Below the pieces are notes generated by a model. It made no database searches. It saw only the letters and a program-made list of their open reading frames with translations, and was not told the origin of the DNA. From assembly GCA_000934665.2 (NCBI GenBank), contig JYFJ02000539.1, positions 1 to 64,000 on the forward strand: a DNA stretch of 64,000 bases, written 5' to 3'. A program made the translations under genes and the position numbers. Positions 1 through 13,727 of this stretch are shown here, piece by piece. This DNA is from Catajapyx aquilonaris. Taxonomy: Eukaryota. Within the stretch, counting starts at the first letter, position 1. Every line of letters starts with the position of its first letter.

Positions 1-264
1 AGAAAAGAGAGAAAGAGGAGGAGCTAATAATCTGGATGGAAAAACTCTGTCCATCATTCAGGGAAGACCACAGGAGGTGCCAAAAGGAACATAACCCTCA
101 ACCGCAATGTTCGAAGTGTCTATAGTCGTAGGTAATTCAATTTGTGGCCGTTTTGTCTCACCTCAGGAGCTACTTTCTTGGATGGACAGTACGCGTTGAG
201 CTTCCAGCTTCTCAAAAATTTAATTAAAGCTGATAGGGGGCATTATTTCCTTCAAAGAGCTCGG

Positions 265-601
265 ATTGGAAAGGCCTAATCTCTGGTATTGACCAAGACA
301 ATGTCCTTTCCAGCGGCTAAGGTCCCAAAAAGCAAAGTCATTAGTTGAGAGAAGAAGAAGAAAAAAAAATAGAGAGGGGGAGGGGGGGGGGAAAGAATTC
401 GGATCTGTTTGGGTGGGGAGAGTCGGAACCGANATTGGAAAGGCCTAATCTCTTGTATTGACCAAGACAATGTCCTTTCCAGCGGCTAAGGTCCCAAAAA
501 GCAAAGTCATTAGTTGAGAGAAGAAGAAGAAAAAAAAATAGAGAGGGGGAGGGGGGGGGGAAAGAATTCGGATCTGTTTGGGTGGGGAGAGTCGGAACCG
601 A
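265..601. repeat. 168-bp direct duplication joined by a single N (probable unmerged contig overlap or haplotype artefact)
   Basis: 265-432 and 434-601 match apart from one substitution seen (ctctGgtatt vs ctctTgtatt). They are separated only by the N at 433, and each copy contains a poly-G tract. Confidence 0.9.
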
Positions 602-3600
602 TGATAGGAAAAGACGCGTAGGAGATTTCCGGGGGATTCCTTCCAATGTTAGTTGCTCTCTATATCGTAGCTTCACAGGAAAGCCTGTCCCAATGAAATT
701 GGGTCGCAGCTATCTCTGGTATGAAGCACCCACCGTTCGAGAAATCCTTAGAGCTGTGAAGCAACGATAAAAAAAAAATACCGCGAGAGGTCCGAAACTT
801 GTCTATTTTTCTCCAAGCTTCAGATCGGAAACAATGGATCCGACGCGCAGATCCTATGTAACAATAAGCCAAACCCGATTTCTTTGGCTTTCATCCCAAG
901 TGCGAACCTGGAGGATAGAATCCCTATTCGCCCTCCAAAAATTTTGTCCCGCTGTTGCCAAACAATTTCGTGACTTAATCCACCAGCTAGCTGCACATTT
1001 TTCAGTCGCGTCTGCAGTCCCCCTCATTTGCATCTCCTTTCGGAATGCACGTTTGAGACCAAGTGACGCAGCCGCACCAAGGCAAATGGGGTTTAGTCTG
1101 TCGGGGGCGGGCGCAATCGAAGATCGGCAGCACTGTACGTATTCTGGCCCTATGTTTCTCTCCACTCTTGGCACGCATGCCTCACACGTTTTGGCGGTGT
1201 ATGCCATGGTTACCATGAGCCTGAAACGTGAGTTACAACAAAAGCATGCATTAAACAGCTTAAAGATCCTCCCAGGCAGAAAAAGAATTCCTTCCTCGTC
1301 TTATTTTAAGAATAAAAAAAACACTGGGAGGAAAAGAAACGAGTAGTGGGAGAAATATTCGGTGTCAGTTCCCTAACCTTCGTTAAAACTGGAAGGCTTT
1401 TAGCTTGTTAGTCAGTTAATCCGTCAATTGTCATAACAAAGCCTGCGGGTGGAGGGTGCAAATTCTGGCGGTTTTTGGATTGTTTTTGTGCACAATGCAT
1501 CGCAGTAACGGCGAGTAATAACAGCGTGGCAAGCAGCTATCTGTGATTGTGCCATCAGCAACTGCTACGTTTTTTTGCATTTTAAAAACAATTTGTTGAG
1601 GAGGCGCTTTAATTCATCATACATAATGCTGCACTAATCAGTCACTAAAACGTCCATCTCGGTCTGTCCGTTGAAATGTAAAGTGGGAGGAGTTAAATGG
1701 AACCACAGCCAATCACGACCAACGACGTCACATCGCACACCAAACATTGAAAAACTGCGCATTCGTTCAAATTATTAAATTACATGAAATGTGAATATTA
1801 TATTCACTGTCAGCCCACAATTTTTTTTGGAAATACTCAACATATTTGCTTAACTGTTATATCCGCCGGGGCCCTGTACAAGGTGAGACGACGAGTTATT
1901 GCCCGCTAGGCAGTATGGAGTGAAGCTGAGATGAAGAGCAAATTAAAAGTCTTGGATGTGCGCCAGTGCACCGCTGGCGCTACCAAAATAAATGCCATTG
2001 TGGTCGGCCAGACACTTAGAAATGGCGGTCTGCTCTGAGTCGCAACTTTGGTATGAGCGATTTTTACCACCCGCTTTTTTCTGTCGCTCCAAAGGTTCTA
2101 CCCCACCCTCTGGGGTCTTGATTAATCGCACCGCGGATATACCTCCCTTATGCATGGTGCCCGGTGTACTGGCATGTAACAAACAGGACATTGTAACATC
2201 CGAAGTCTGATGGTTCGTAACAACCGAGGTAATAAAACCCTGCTGAAAAGTTCCTGGCGCAAATTTAAGTCTTGCCCAAAATGTTTTGTGAGCCTTTTGC
2301 TTATATTGAGTTCAGGGGTTGTTAGGAGTGTCAAACAGGCTATTTGACATTGTTTGCTTTGGATGGGCTCCACCTTTGTTGCCGAGCCGCGGAGGCAGAC
2401 TCCAGAAAAATTTTCACTGCAATTTATAAATAGCAACATCGGTTGTTGTGTGGTTTTGTTCTTTAGTGACGCCGGAATGCGAGGCTCACTTACGAGCCCC
2501 CAATAAGTTTCAAGCCCTGCTAATTACTCACATTTTAGGCCAAAACCGCAGACAGTCTGAGAGGCAGGATTTTTAGCTCACCCTGTAAAAACGTATCGTT
2601 CACGTTCACGGTCAGTTCTCAGGTGGCTGACCGTAAACTCAGAAGTTATGGACACGTCCCTGCAAACAAGAACAACTGATCTGATTTGATTAAGTCGTGG
2701 GCGATAACTCTCATCTACAAACTAGTTAGATGCATCCAACTTGCTTTGCTCCTTTTTGTCAACCCCCATAAAAATGAGTCCGGGAAGTCACATTTCTAAT
2801 CGGATTAGCTTGATCCATTTAAGTTATTTACCGCTGCGGACTTGGTGAAGACCGCAGTCTGGCGGAAAAGAGCCGGATCGGCAACAAATATGGGGATCAT
2901 CACAGATGAAATGCGAGGTACTCGCGGGGACCTGGCCATGGGTCTGATTGCAACTTATGGACTTCTCTAATGTCGCCGTAAATCTTTATGGCAGTCAGTG
3001 TCAACTCCAAACTACCGAATGCGTCAGTCTCAGCGCCAACCAGGGCTCTTCTTTTCTTTTTTTTTACTTGCTTTTAGGGAAACAATACGTGCCGCGAATC
3101 CGGCCTCAGGTGTACAATATGTAAATGTACATATCTCTGCACTTTACTGTAAGCCGGAGCCAGTTTTCCGACCATTTATGGTTATATAACACCTGCATTC
3201 TTTCCAGGTTAATTTATTAGTTTATGGCGAGCGAGTGATAATAATATAAGTGTCTCCTACAAACTGCGCCTTTATTTTATTTTTTTTTGTAATGGCCCCC
3301 AAAAGAATTTTCTAGGGTTAACTTCAGAGTGCGCATCTCCCATCTTTATTAATCAATAACAATCGGTAATGAAATATCGGAGGGTCGTTAAAAAGGGGCT
3401 CCCAGCTGGTCCAGATTGAAAGAAGGTGATCTGGGCCAGCACGTAGCTAATGAAGCAAATAGTTTTATTGGGATCCCTATTGCCTCCTGCTTGCCTATAC
3501 AAATCCCCCTAGAGATGTTGAGCCTCACGATTTCTCTTTTTGGATATTTCTTTGGCCCTAGCCCCGGCACGATTTAGGGCTCGCCCGCCGAAATCAGATC

Positions 3601-3874
3601 CGTCGAACACTGCTCATTTGTCACCATTGTCGCATTGAGACCCAGAGCCATGCATTGATATGTCACTCGGAGCATCACACTTGCACTACTGATTCACTCT
3701 CCAAGATTGAAGCATTTCATTAATTTTATTCTTGTTGTTCGTAATATTTATTTTTATATAATATTTATTATACATTATTTATTGTTACGCATTATTCTGT
3801 TATTATTATATTGCCATATTATTACATTAATTTTTACCTAGCTAATATATTTATTGCATATTTTGTTACTAGTT

Positions 3875-4202
3875 TTTTTATTGTGCCACATTATCGGGCC
3901 TGGGCCCTTGTTAGGGGAGTGGGATACCACCATGTTTGGAACCGTACATAATGTGTATGCTTTTAATTGTTCCAAGGGTAAGTAGGAGGGGATGTGCAAA
4001 GTGCAAGTGCAATGTCGTATATTGGTCATTTTGTGAACTCCCCCGGGTGGATTAGTCTAGCTAGAGGAAATTTCCACCCGAGACGAAGCCAGAGATGGCC
4101 CAACTCGGTACGAGATGAAGGGGAAGAACCCCGGGCTGGGATCGAACCCGGGACCTTAACATCCGTGGGCGCGTGCGTTACCGCAGCACCACTCCGCCTC
4201 CC
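3875..4202 (-). mobile_element. Full-length tRNA-derived SINE (~330 bp), tRNA-Arg(ACG)-like head, A-rich tail, 15-bp TSD
   Basis: The minus strand starts GGGAGGCGGAGTGGTGCTGCGGTAACGCACGCGCCCACGGATGTTAAGGTCCCGGGTTCGATCCCAGCC, with Pol III A-box (4181-4191) and B-box GGTTCGATCCC (4138-4148). It ends CACAATAAAAA. The direct repeat ATTTTGTTACTAGTT flanks it at 3860-3874 and 4203-4217. It is inserted in very AT-rich DNA. Confidence 0.88.
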
Positions 4203-4882
4203 ATTTTGTTACTAGTTATTATATAGTTAGTTACTACATTTTATTTGCTCGTTATTTATTAATTTGGATCCCCTGTGGGCCAGTTATTATTTATTTCTTC
4301 ACATTAGTTTATTTATATATATATTTTAAATATTATATTTTTTTGTAGATGACTTTGTAATGTAACTAGAAGTGCGGTCAATACTCTTAGCCTCTTAGCG
4401 AGTTCGTAAATAAGTGCATTTTGCTTACTACTCGTTGAATGTATGTTTCAAGGGCGCAAGCAATAAACCGAATCTATCTAACTTTTTCTTTCTCCTTCAT
4501 ATCAGCGATTTGTTTAGGGTTCTCTTGGGTATTCCTCCATCCCCACCCCATCTCGCCCTCCAGTCCCCTCAAGTCCTGTCACTGGGTCACTTCCTCTAGG
4601 TATAAAGCTCCTCGACCCCTGCCAGCCCAATATGGGTTGATTGAGATTGCAGTCCATAAGTCGGCAATTAATGTGAGATTGGGGAAGAGCTACCCCTGCC
4701 TTCGCCCAAATCCCCAGTGAAAAATAAATTGTGATGGGGAGATGTCGTATAATGGCAGGATACAGCTGCTTCGGACCATTCTTTTCTCAACTACACACCG
4801 CACAAACTGCACTAGTTACCAACAATAATAATAACACAATTGCAAAATTGTGTGTGTAGTTTGGTCGATTAACCCGCCATTC

Positions 4883-4883
<1 letters not shown>

Positions 4884-4954
<71 letters not shown>

Positions 4955-4960
4955 TATTAT
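4884..4960. repeat. (ATT)n microsatellite
   Basis: Long TAT/ATT run grading into (CAT)n; explains the poly-Leu ORF 4850-5134. Confidence 0.97.
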
Positions 4961-7900
4961 CATCATCATGATGTTGCAGCCCTAGACTGTACGAGTATAC
5001 ATGGCAACCACAGAATGATAGCACTATACCTGCTGGTATATATAGAGGGCATTACTATTCGAGCCAGCGCCATATTTGTTGGCCTGGGCCCCCGGATCTT
5101 TTACTGCCGTCCTCTCTCAGGTCTGCGGAGATGACCTAATATCGGGAACATGTTTTCGCTCTCAGGCCGTCTGCTCATAACCGCCCCGCACAGGTATAAT
5201 AAGAGCCGTGCAATGGGTGTAGTACATTTGGTGATTCATGACAGGGCGCCATCAAAGCAGGAGCAAATGTGAGGTCGGGGACTCACCTTTTGCAATAATC
5301 CGGGCCGGAATGCCTCATATGGGAATCTGCCGGTGGAATGAAAGCCCGAATCATATTTCTCGGCTGTCCGGCCATGGTCATCCGGAGGGGGGAGGTTGGG
5401 ATTTGATAAGGGCTGGAACGGTGAAGATTGCGTTGGGTAATGAAGATGGGTGAGGATCTGCCTCTTTTTGCTCTCTCGCAGGGTCCGGGGAGTCTGCACT
5501 ACTCGCATAAACGATTGATGAGATTGAGGCTATCGAATATTTTTTTTCTTCTTCTTTTTCGCCCCCCCCCCTTTTTTTTTGGAGGAGGAAGGGGGGATTG
5601 GGTGGGGGGTTGTGTATTGATCCTGCCCATATATCAGTACTGTTTGACATTTTGTCTCCGATTGTTTGCCGTTTTTGGGGGGGATGGCTCATGCCCGCGG
5701 TGTAGTCTGATGTGGCCGAATTGTGCTTGGCCGAATTTGGGCTCGACGTAGGGGTCGAATCTGCATATATCGATGGTCGAGTCTATACTATTGCAATTGA
5801 TAATTTTAGTGAAATTGAGCTCTTATTACAAGTAAGCCCTAAATTCATGTTCCATCTTGTGCCAAATTAATATTATGTAAAAATAATTTAATTTTGATAT
5901 GATTTCATAAAACTCGTTACCGACTACTAATATCTTGTAAATAGAGAAAAATATTATTTTCACTTCATAAATATGCATATTGATATTTATTATGGTAGGG
6001 GCCTGTAAAATATTCGGGTGACATTCAATACTTGCGCAAATGACTAGCATGTAATAAATTCTGCTCATAATGTTACCAATTTTATGAATAACGTGTCACA
6101 TGTAAATTGTATATGCAATTCGGGAAAACGACATTCGGCGAAGCTGTGTCCGCGCCCATTGAATTCCGGGACAACCTGCCTTTCGTCCGCTTCCAGAAAA
6201 CAAGAATTGCTCATAAATTCTCCTTCGAATGTGAGGCTGCTGGATAGGGAATGTTTTCGGACGGAGGTAGCGAAAATGGAAATAAGGATTCCCCCGGTCG
6301 GAAGGGTGTCGGGTTCGACCCAGCAGATGGGCCATCTGCCGCTGACCTTGGTTACACTATTTGCTGCTGTCACCACATTTTTCCACAGCCATGGACCGTT
6401 GGAACCAACTTATTTCCAGTTTTCCCCCAATTTAATTTTTTTTTAAATTTCTCCCTCACATTTTTACAGCCGTTTTCTATTTCAAAACCTAAATTGAAAA
6501 CGCCGCTCTATAGTCCTATCTGCCATCTTTCTGAATAATTAATTGGAGCCATCCACTCAATGCAGATAAGGCGGTACAATCAGTCATAAAAGTACATAAA
6601 TGCGGCATGCGATTACAAAAACCAATCGTGATCATCGTGAAAGAAAGGGTGCGGGGTACAGGGTGGCAGGAAGGGGGGTAGATATCATCCCATCTGATCG
6701 AACCCGGGTCAATGCCAGGACTTGCACACGACCTTTACGGTAACCACATTAGAGTTAACGCTATCTGCCCAGCCTTGTCAAAAGGAACATAAAACGATAT
6801 ACGACCGTGCCTAGAGAAGAGAGTGAAAAAAAGGGGACATAACAAGATGGGATTTTTTTGCTCATTCCTAACAAGTCTACTGGTCACTCACACTGGGCTC
6901 ATTATTACAGTGCATCAAGCCGACGATCATCAATCACATATCTGGACCAGAGTTCATTAATCGTGCGACTCGTTAGGGGTATTTAAGGAGCTGAAGAGGG
7001 GAGTTGGCTTTTTATCAATAAAATTATAATCTAAACAGGAGTTAAAGGTTCAGCTTTTTATTCCGAAACAGGATGCAATTTTTTTTAATACTTTTTACGT
7101 TTTACTGCACTTGAATTACGTAATAAAAATGCATCCATTATTTATTTGGTACAGGTGCAATAGCTGTAAACTTCCATGTAAAACAAAAAAAGAAGACACG
7201 ATGAGCAAATAATTCAGGTCTGCCTATTGATACTGTAGTGTGCCACAATTTATTACACAGAAAATACTTGTAGAAAAATAAACAGCCGCGGGCAAATTCT
7301 CATTATGCACGATTTATCATGCTGTGGTTGATACTTTATTCCCTCCATCACAAGAAACTAGTCCTTGAGTCCAGCGGGTCAAGCCCTACCCCCATGACTA
7401 ATAAGAACGACCCGGATTTGTCAACTGCTAGGGTTTTCACCGAAAGATTAGTCCGTGGTATAATCCGAAGGACAGTAATCCTCCGAGCAAATAATTTTCT
7501 TCTTTTTTTCCAGAAAGAAAATAATACCCCGAGAGAAATACCTAGAGGGTGGTGGGTCTATTGCATTCTGGGTTCCTTCCAATCCCATACTGAAAAAATC
7601 TTTGGGGGGGACTTACAGTCCAGCAAGCAAGCGGGACAAAAGCCTAGCAAATCAGCAGCAGAGATCGAGATATACTATCTGGCTGGGCTGCTTGACCATC
7701 TGAGAATGGAATAGCCGTGATGACAAAGGCAAGGGGACCCACAAACATTTTCTGGAGAGACATAGCAAGAGGGAGGGGGGTGGGGGGGGGGCTTCGGATT
7801 TCCTTCTTTTTCCACCCCACTCTTGTCGCGGCATAATCGGCATGGCAATATCATTTCATTTCAGGCCCGTGTCTCCAGGGGTCACTTTTGTGGGCTCGGC

Positions 7901-9683
7901 TTTCGTCTGGATGCCGCTTCGTGGGAAGTGTACACAGGATATGGGGACAATATTGGGTTTTGGGGGAGGACCAATATGTATGCTCGACTGTCAGATTGCG
8001 TTTTTTCCCCATATTACCACATGACACGATCGGCTGACCGCGTGTGTCTAAAGGGCACCTAACAGCAATTAAACATATTACACTTCAAGGCCTGAAATGT
8101 AGTCACATTGTAATCAAAATTAATTTACTAAAATTTATGTATATATTTTATGGTGGAAATTTTTGAAAAAAAAAATATTAACCCCATAAGTCAAACTTCA
8201 AATCCTCATATCGCTTTGCTTTGGACCAGTCTTGCAGTTCTGACTCACCCTGTACTGCATCGCCTCTGGCTATGCATCGTCTCCAAAATTACCTTACAAA
8301 AGGGCAATTTGAATCAGTTGCGACAGGACTCCCCCGAGCTTGCTTTGATATTATGATCTCTGCTAATTAACAGGTGGATCTGATAGGAAGCGATCAACAT
8401 GGCGGTATCCAATAACAGTCGTGGAACAACAAGTGCGAGCTTCTGCTATGGACCGCAAGAAGTCTCGTCTGTCTTCTGTAGACATTTTTCCCCGTCCGAA
8501 GAAACGTAACTCCATCAGCTCGTGTAACTATCTGCTTAAAAGCATCAATGATATCTAGAGAGGGGATTAGAAAAGGATAATTAATTACAGTAATCAGCTC
8601 TCCCTCTTTTTTAAAAAAAGACGTATAAACATTGGGGTCTGGGAGTAGATGAGAGTGACGTGCAATCGGATGTGCTTTAATTGGGGGGAATTCGACATCA
8701 ACACCGAAACTTTTGCTCGGTTTCGGGGAAAACAAAAAGCTTTTTCGGTAATTTCCTCCCTGATAACTCCTTATTTGCCTATCGCCGGAAATGAGCGTGG
8801 GTGACGTCAGGTTGACTTTGTAGCTAGGTAACCCCTCTGTGAGGCATCACCTGTCGCCATTGGTCCGTTTAATCCCACATCCGCATCCTGGCTGCATATT
8901 GGAGTAAGGATAAAAAAAAAGGGTAGGCATTAATCATATAGGCGTAGTCAGATATTGGTGTGGCAAAGCAGAAATCCATGCATCGGTGGGCGATTTCCTC
9001 GTTTTTGTTTCCCACATAGCTATACCCAAAATGAACAATGACAGCTAAATGCAGATATCCAGGGCCCATCCCCGGGGGGGTCCCTGGGTTAAAAGCAAAC
9101 ATTCAAAATTTCGCGTCGGCTACCTCATTTTGGCAAATTATGCAAATCGCCACTTCCTCCTTATAATTCCGGGTAATTTATTGAGACTACCCGAGTGTAC
9201 TCTTATGATGAAGCCCGCATTTGCATAATCCTCAACCGGTGCCTGCTCATGCGGACCCTGAGTTATCATCTCATGGAGCATAAAAAAATTGTAGAGCTGC
9301 TATAGCTNNNNGGGGGGGGGGGGATGAAAAAAATAGCTCCACCTCTTCCGCCGGGTCCAACCCTTATTACATGAAAACCATAACCATGCACCTTCCCGTT
9401 CCCGTCTATTGTTCCCTCCTTGTATAATCAGGGGACCCCCAAATCCCAGGTTCCTATCTGTCATGCTCCACTAATCCTCACCACATCCTGATGTGTACAT
9501 ATGCATGGTGATTACATGAATCCCCGTCGCCTAGCTACAAGTTAATATCTGCGATGCTTTATTGCTCCATGAGGACCAGACAAACCAAGGAACAACTTCA
9601 TAAAATAATTCAATAGTATTTAAAACACTAGAGACTAGACAATGGAAGGAAGTATGATCTTTACAGATATAAAATAGTAACAT

Positions 9684-9808
9684 AAATTGAATATAAAAAA
9701 ATAAATTGAGAATCAAGAAATTGAGCATCAAAAAATAAATTGAGAATCAAGAAATTGAGTATAAAAAAATAAGTTGAGAATCAAGAAATTGAGTATCAAA
9801 AAATAAGT
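9684..9808. repeat. 34-bp AT-rich minisatellite, about 3.5 copies
   Basis: The core GAGAATCAAGAAATTGAG recurs at 9708, 9742 and 9776 (period 34), separated by (C/T)AT(C/A)AAAAAATAA(A/G)TT. Confidence 0.92.
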
Positions 9809-12800
9809 ATTGAGCAAAAATAAAAATAATTCCATATTTGCTGGGGCATATACTGTAGTGTAGAGTCATACCTTCAATTTTAGCTGGTTATGCACCAATA
9901 CAAATTTCAATCTGTTCTTTCCTGTACGCAACTGAATAGTTAGGGGTCCAACTTTCGGGTAGCCGACAATCCAGGAGTAGTGACGTAAGAAATCGTTTGG
10001 GCTTGCCACGTCCCCCCCGCCTGGCTTGCTAGAAATTTAAAGGTCTCGCGTGTAAGCCGCGAAAAGCGACACAAACAGCGTAGTGTACTTGGGGATCCTA
10101 GAGTTTGGTGGTCCTCTCTCCAGCCCCCAACATCCATTTATATTTCACACCCAACCCCATACTTCCGACCCCCCCCCCCCCTCTTCAGCAAGCCTTTTCC
10201 CAAGCACTATACACCCAGAGGCTGGGCTTAACTTTATTACTGCCCGCTATTTGGAATATGTATACAATCCTGTCAATATCCGGATTTACAAGACTCCCTG
10301 GTGAAAGGGCCTGGAAGGCGGAGAAAATTTTTGGAGGGGGTTAAAACTAGTGTGGCCTGAGGCAAGGGCAAGGCCTTTATGGTCATAAAAGTGTAGGGCT
10401 TTTCGAAATATCCTAGCTCCAAAAATGTGTCCTTCGACACCCAAATCCTTAGCTTGGTTGGGAAATTCCAACTTTTGGAAAACGGTATGGAAAATCCGAG
10501 AGAGAGAGAGCAGGTTTTGAAAAATTTCTCCACAAGACGACGCCAGGCTAAACGGCTACATAAAAATTATTTCTCCATCCAACATGCATGCATGGGCGTT
10601 AATGGTTCACACTTTTTCCCAGGTCGTGACTCCCACCTAAAAGCTCCTGATTCACCAAAAGGTTGTTGGAACTTCTTTTTTTTACCCAGTCTGTTGATGA
10701 CACAGCCAGGCATTTTTAATTCCTTCATTCCTTTTATATTCCAGGAGACGAATAGATCTTAGCAGGGGATCTACCAGAATGAAATGGGGCAGCAAACTCA
10801 ATTTTAAAAAATAATTGGAGGCCTTGACTGTTCCGCACAATCGAATTTGAATCAGCATGACTCCGCTAGTGTTTTTTTTTAAGTGTATGAGGACCAATAT
10901 ACTGCTCAGTTAGGTGTGGTGGGACTGAAGAGGTGTCAAGAACCTTGGCTTCTTTCTCGGCAGCCATGCACGTCCAAAGTTGTTCCAAGTGATTACTTCT
11001 CGGCCTCAATCAAGTCCTTCATGCAACAATTTTCCATGCATGGAAGGTGGCTTATAGCCTTCCTTCCCCCCATACGGTGATTCACCCCCATTTTTGATCG
11101 GTTATGAACCAGGATATTCAAAATATGCCAGACAAAAGTGTCCACATCTTTTTCTATGTTGATAGTACAGACTATATGTCAGTAAGCAGATGAATCGTGG
11201 GCTATAAATCGAGCTTTTGAGCGAACCCCACCCAATTCACTGCAGCCCATTTCCCCTGCGTTAGTTTTATGCCCAGCAGAGCACTCGGTTAACAGGCAAA
11301 TAATGAGGATTAATATATATTTCCCGGAAAACCAAAGCAGTTGCATTTTCATCAGTTTTGCTTCGATGCGCGATTACCGAAAGCCAACAGCATCGCAAAT
11401 GCCACAGCCCAATGGAAACTCAATAATTCACAATCCATTTACAATCCAATGCGTTAGGCCGCATTCTTCTCTATGCAGCAGTTTATAGTGTGCGGGGGGT
11501 GAACGCTGAGCATTTATTATTTTGGGGGGAATTGTTTGGTTTAAACTTTGCAGGGCTACCGTAAAATCGGGGTCGCGGGCACATGACCCTGTACAACCCA
11601 ACCCGCTCGTCATACGGGACTATGATGGAATCATTGGATCCACTATAATGGCTTAATAAAATTCCTCTTCCTTTAATTATTGTAATAATTTAAGCTCGCC
11701 CATAATTTAACTCGGCTTTAGTGTAGCCAGTTATCCCAAAGTAATTTGCAGTTACATTTTATTATGGTTTGATGCCCACGATATAAAATTATCGTACGAG
11801 AGGATTATGGCTGTGCGGATGTTCCTATGAAACCGGAGCCGTTGGGAAAAGCCCAGAGTGAATTTACCATGTTCAAACCTCGGGTCCCAGCAACAAGCCA
11901 GTCCATGGGAGGAAGACTTTAGCCTAATGCCTAGCAGCCTAAACAACCGGCCTCTTACTTTATTGGCTTATTAACTGAAAATGTTCCCTCTGTCCCGGAG
12001 GGTAGGCAACTTTCCCAAATTTAACTTGTTAGCCTCCAAGCTGCCGGAAAGTCGGGACATCTTCCTCGAAGGACTCATCTGTGTCTGTTGGGTGCCTCAC
12101 CGTTACAAGGAAAATGTCAGCAATTGCACAAAATATGCTGAAAAAAAAATTGCAGCCCATAGAAAGTGATACGGTACTTTTAATGGGAGTGCCTCGACGA
12201 ATTTGAAGGGTTCGCTCGAATATATTAAGCAGCCGGAGAAAATAAAACGACAAGAAGCACCATTTTTATTAACTTCAGTGTCACCTGCATTCCTAGGCGG
12301 CTGTAAATTATCTCTACCCGTTTTGTTCTGTCCACTTCACACTGTCAAATATTTTGCGCTCTTGACAAGCATGCATTCTTATCACTCGGCAACCGTGGAG
12401 TTAAACTGGATTACTACCGCCCGTCGCGTTGTTGTGTAGAGGCCAGCATGAGAAATCATAATCAAAACAAGTGTTCCACGCCCATTTTTATTATTCTGCT
12501 TTTTCGGGATGGAAATTGGATGCGAAACCTACGCTGAAGCACAGCTTGCTCACTCTTCATGAGTGTCACCTTCGCAATGGACCACACAAGTCAGGTGCAA
12601 ATGTGCGTGGGTGACGTGACGGACCGTGACACTGGGTCATTACATTGCCAAATAAATCTTCACGAATTTTGGCATATGCTCAATTCCCTTCATTTCTAGA
12701 TGTATAACAGATGCACTGCAATTCAAAAAACAAATAATTCGTTCCTAATACATGGGCATTGCATCCAATTTTCCCAACAGACCATAAGGAGCAGCTAAAC

Positions 12801-13679
12801 AAACTGAGAGCAAGACCCCCCCGAAGGCATAATTTTCTCTGGATGCCCACCCAAAAAAATGCGGGAGGGACCAATTTTCAGTCGTCGTGACTCAACCTCT
12901 ACAATGACATACTTCACAATGATTATGATGGCGATTACACCTCCTTGGAACTTATATTTAGTTGGGTGATGTCTTGTGAAAAAGAAATGTTATCTCAGCG
13001 GAAACCCCGGGGAGGGAAACACCCCAAACACGTTTAGGAGCGTGTCTGTTTCCTCCTTTTTTTTCTTCAGATTTTTTTTCTCTCTCTTTTTGGCCACCCC
13101 TCGCTAATACTCGACTTTGTAACAAAGAGACATTACCGCCACTGCTAATGCTCCAAATCTTTACATTCTCCGCCACTTCCACTCCTTTGTGCGTTAAAAA
13201 GATAATGGGCCTTCGAACTCTTTAACAGCCATCCCCCAACGATGCTAATTTCGTCAGTTTGCTCGTAAAAAAAATGATGCCCAGAGAAAACACAATGGGA
13301 AGCAGCAAGTTTTCCTACAGGCCACCCTTTACCATCAACACCCAAGACTTTTAACAGTTACTACTCGCTCCATTACCTCTCGGTATGTGTTATGGAGGTA
13401 AGGGGGGGTTGTAGTGGGTCGAAACTCTTCTCACTCCGGGAGACAAACCTCGCCCATTGCTTCTCACTATACCCCCACACCTACTTCAGCAAATTGAACG
13501 ATTCGGAGGAGAAAGGACGCAAGTGCCTTATGGGATGGCTGAACGAAATGTCGCTGGTTCGATTCCCTGACAGTGCCAGCCGAACATACCCACCTGCCAA
13601 ATATGGCCACTACCCACAATAAGACCATCAGTCTAATAAGCCCACCAGTTATTAACAGTACAGACGCAATAGCTACTAT

Positions 13680-13727
13680 CACTCTTAACCATTTACCCTC
13701 TCTAGAGAAGGTAAATGGTTAAGAGTG
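13680..13727. repeat. Near-perfect 48-bp palindrome/hairpin
   Basis: CACTCTTAACCATTTACC (13680-13697) and GGTAAATGGTTAAGAGTG (13710-13727) are exact reverse complements. After one mismatch, the centre TCTCTAGAGA is itself palindromic. Confidence 0.93.

Noticed and set aside
265..601. Tandem duplication as a biological repeat
   Set aside because: The copies are joined exactly at an N and are nearly identical, which is typical of an unmerged contig overlap.
834..1346. 170-aa ORF, and similar ORFs at 17944-18495, 35384-35893, 50846-51376, 53295-53867 and 59172-59657
   Set aside because: No recognisable domains, composition typical of translated non-coding DNA, overlapping ORFs on both strands, and no coherent splice structure.
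4128..4202. Functional tRNA gene
   Set aside because: The acceptor and anticodon stems do not pair properly, and it continues into a ~250-bp body with A tail and TSD, so it is a SINE head.
6690..6780. Second tRNA/SINE remnant (reverse GGGTTCGATC)
   Set aside because: Only a B-box-like word is present, with no convincing A-box, body similarity or TSD.
9684..9808. CRISPR-like repeat array
   Set aside because: The units are head-to-tail with no unique spacers, there are no cas genes, and the context is eukaryotic, so it is a minisatellite.
8789..12617. AAATG(A/T)GCGTGGGTGACGT present at 8789 and 12599
   Set aside because: One 18/19 match is within chance expectation for a 64-kb self-comparison.
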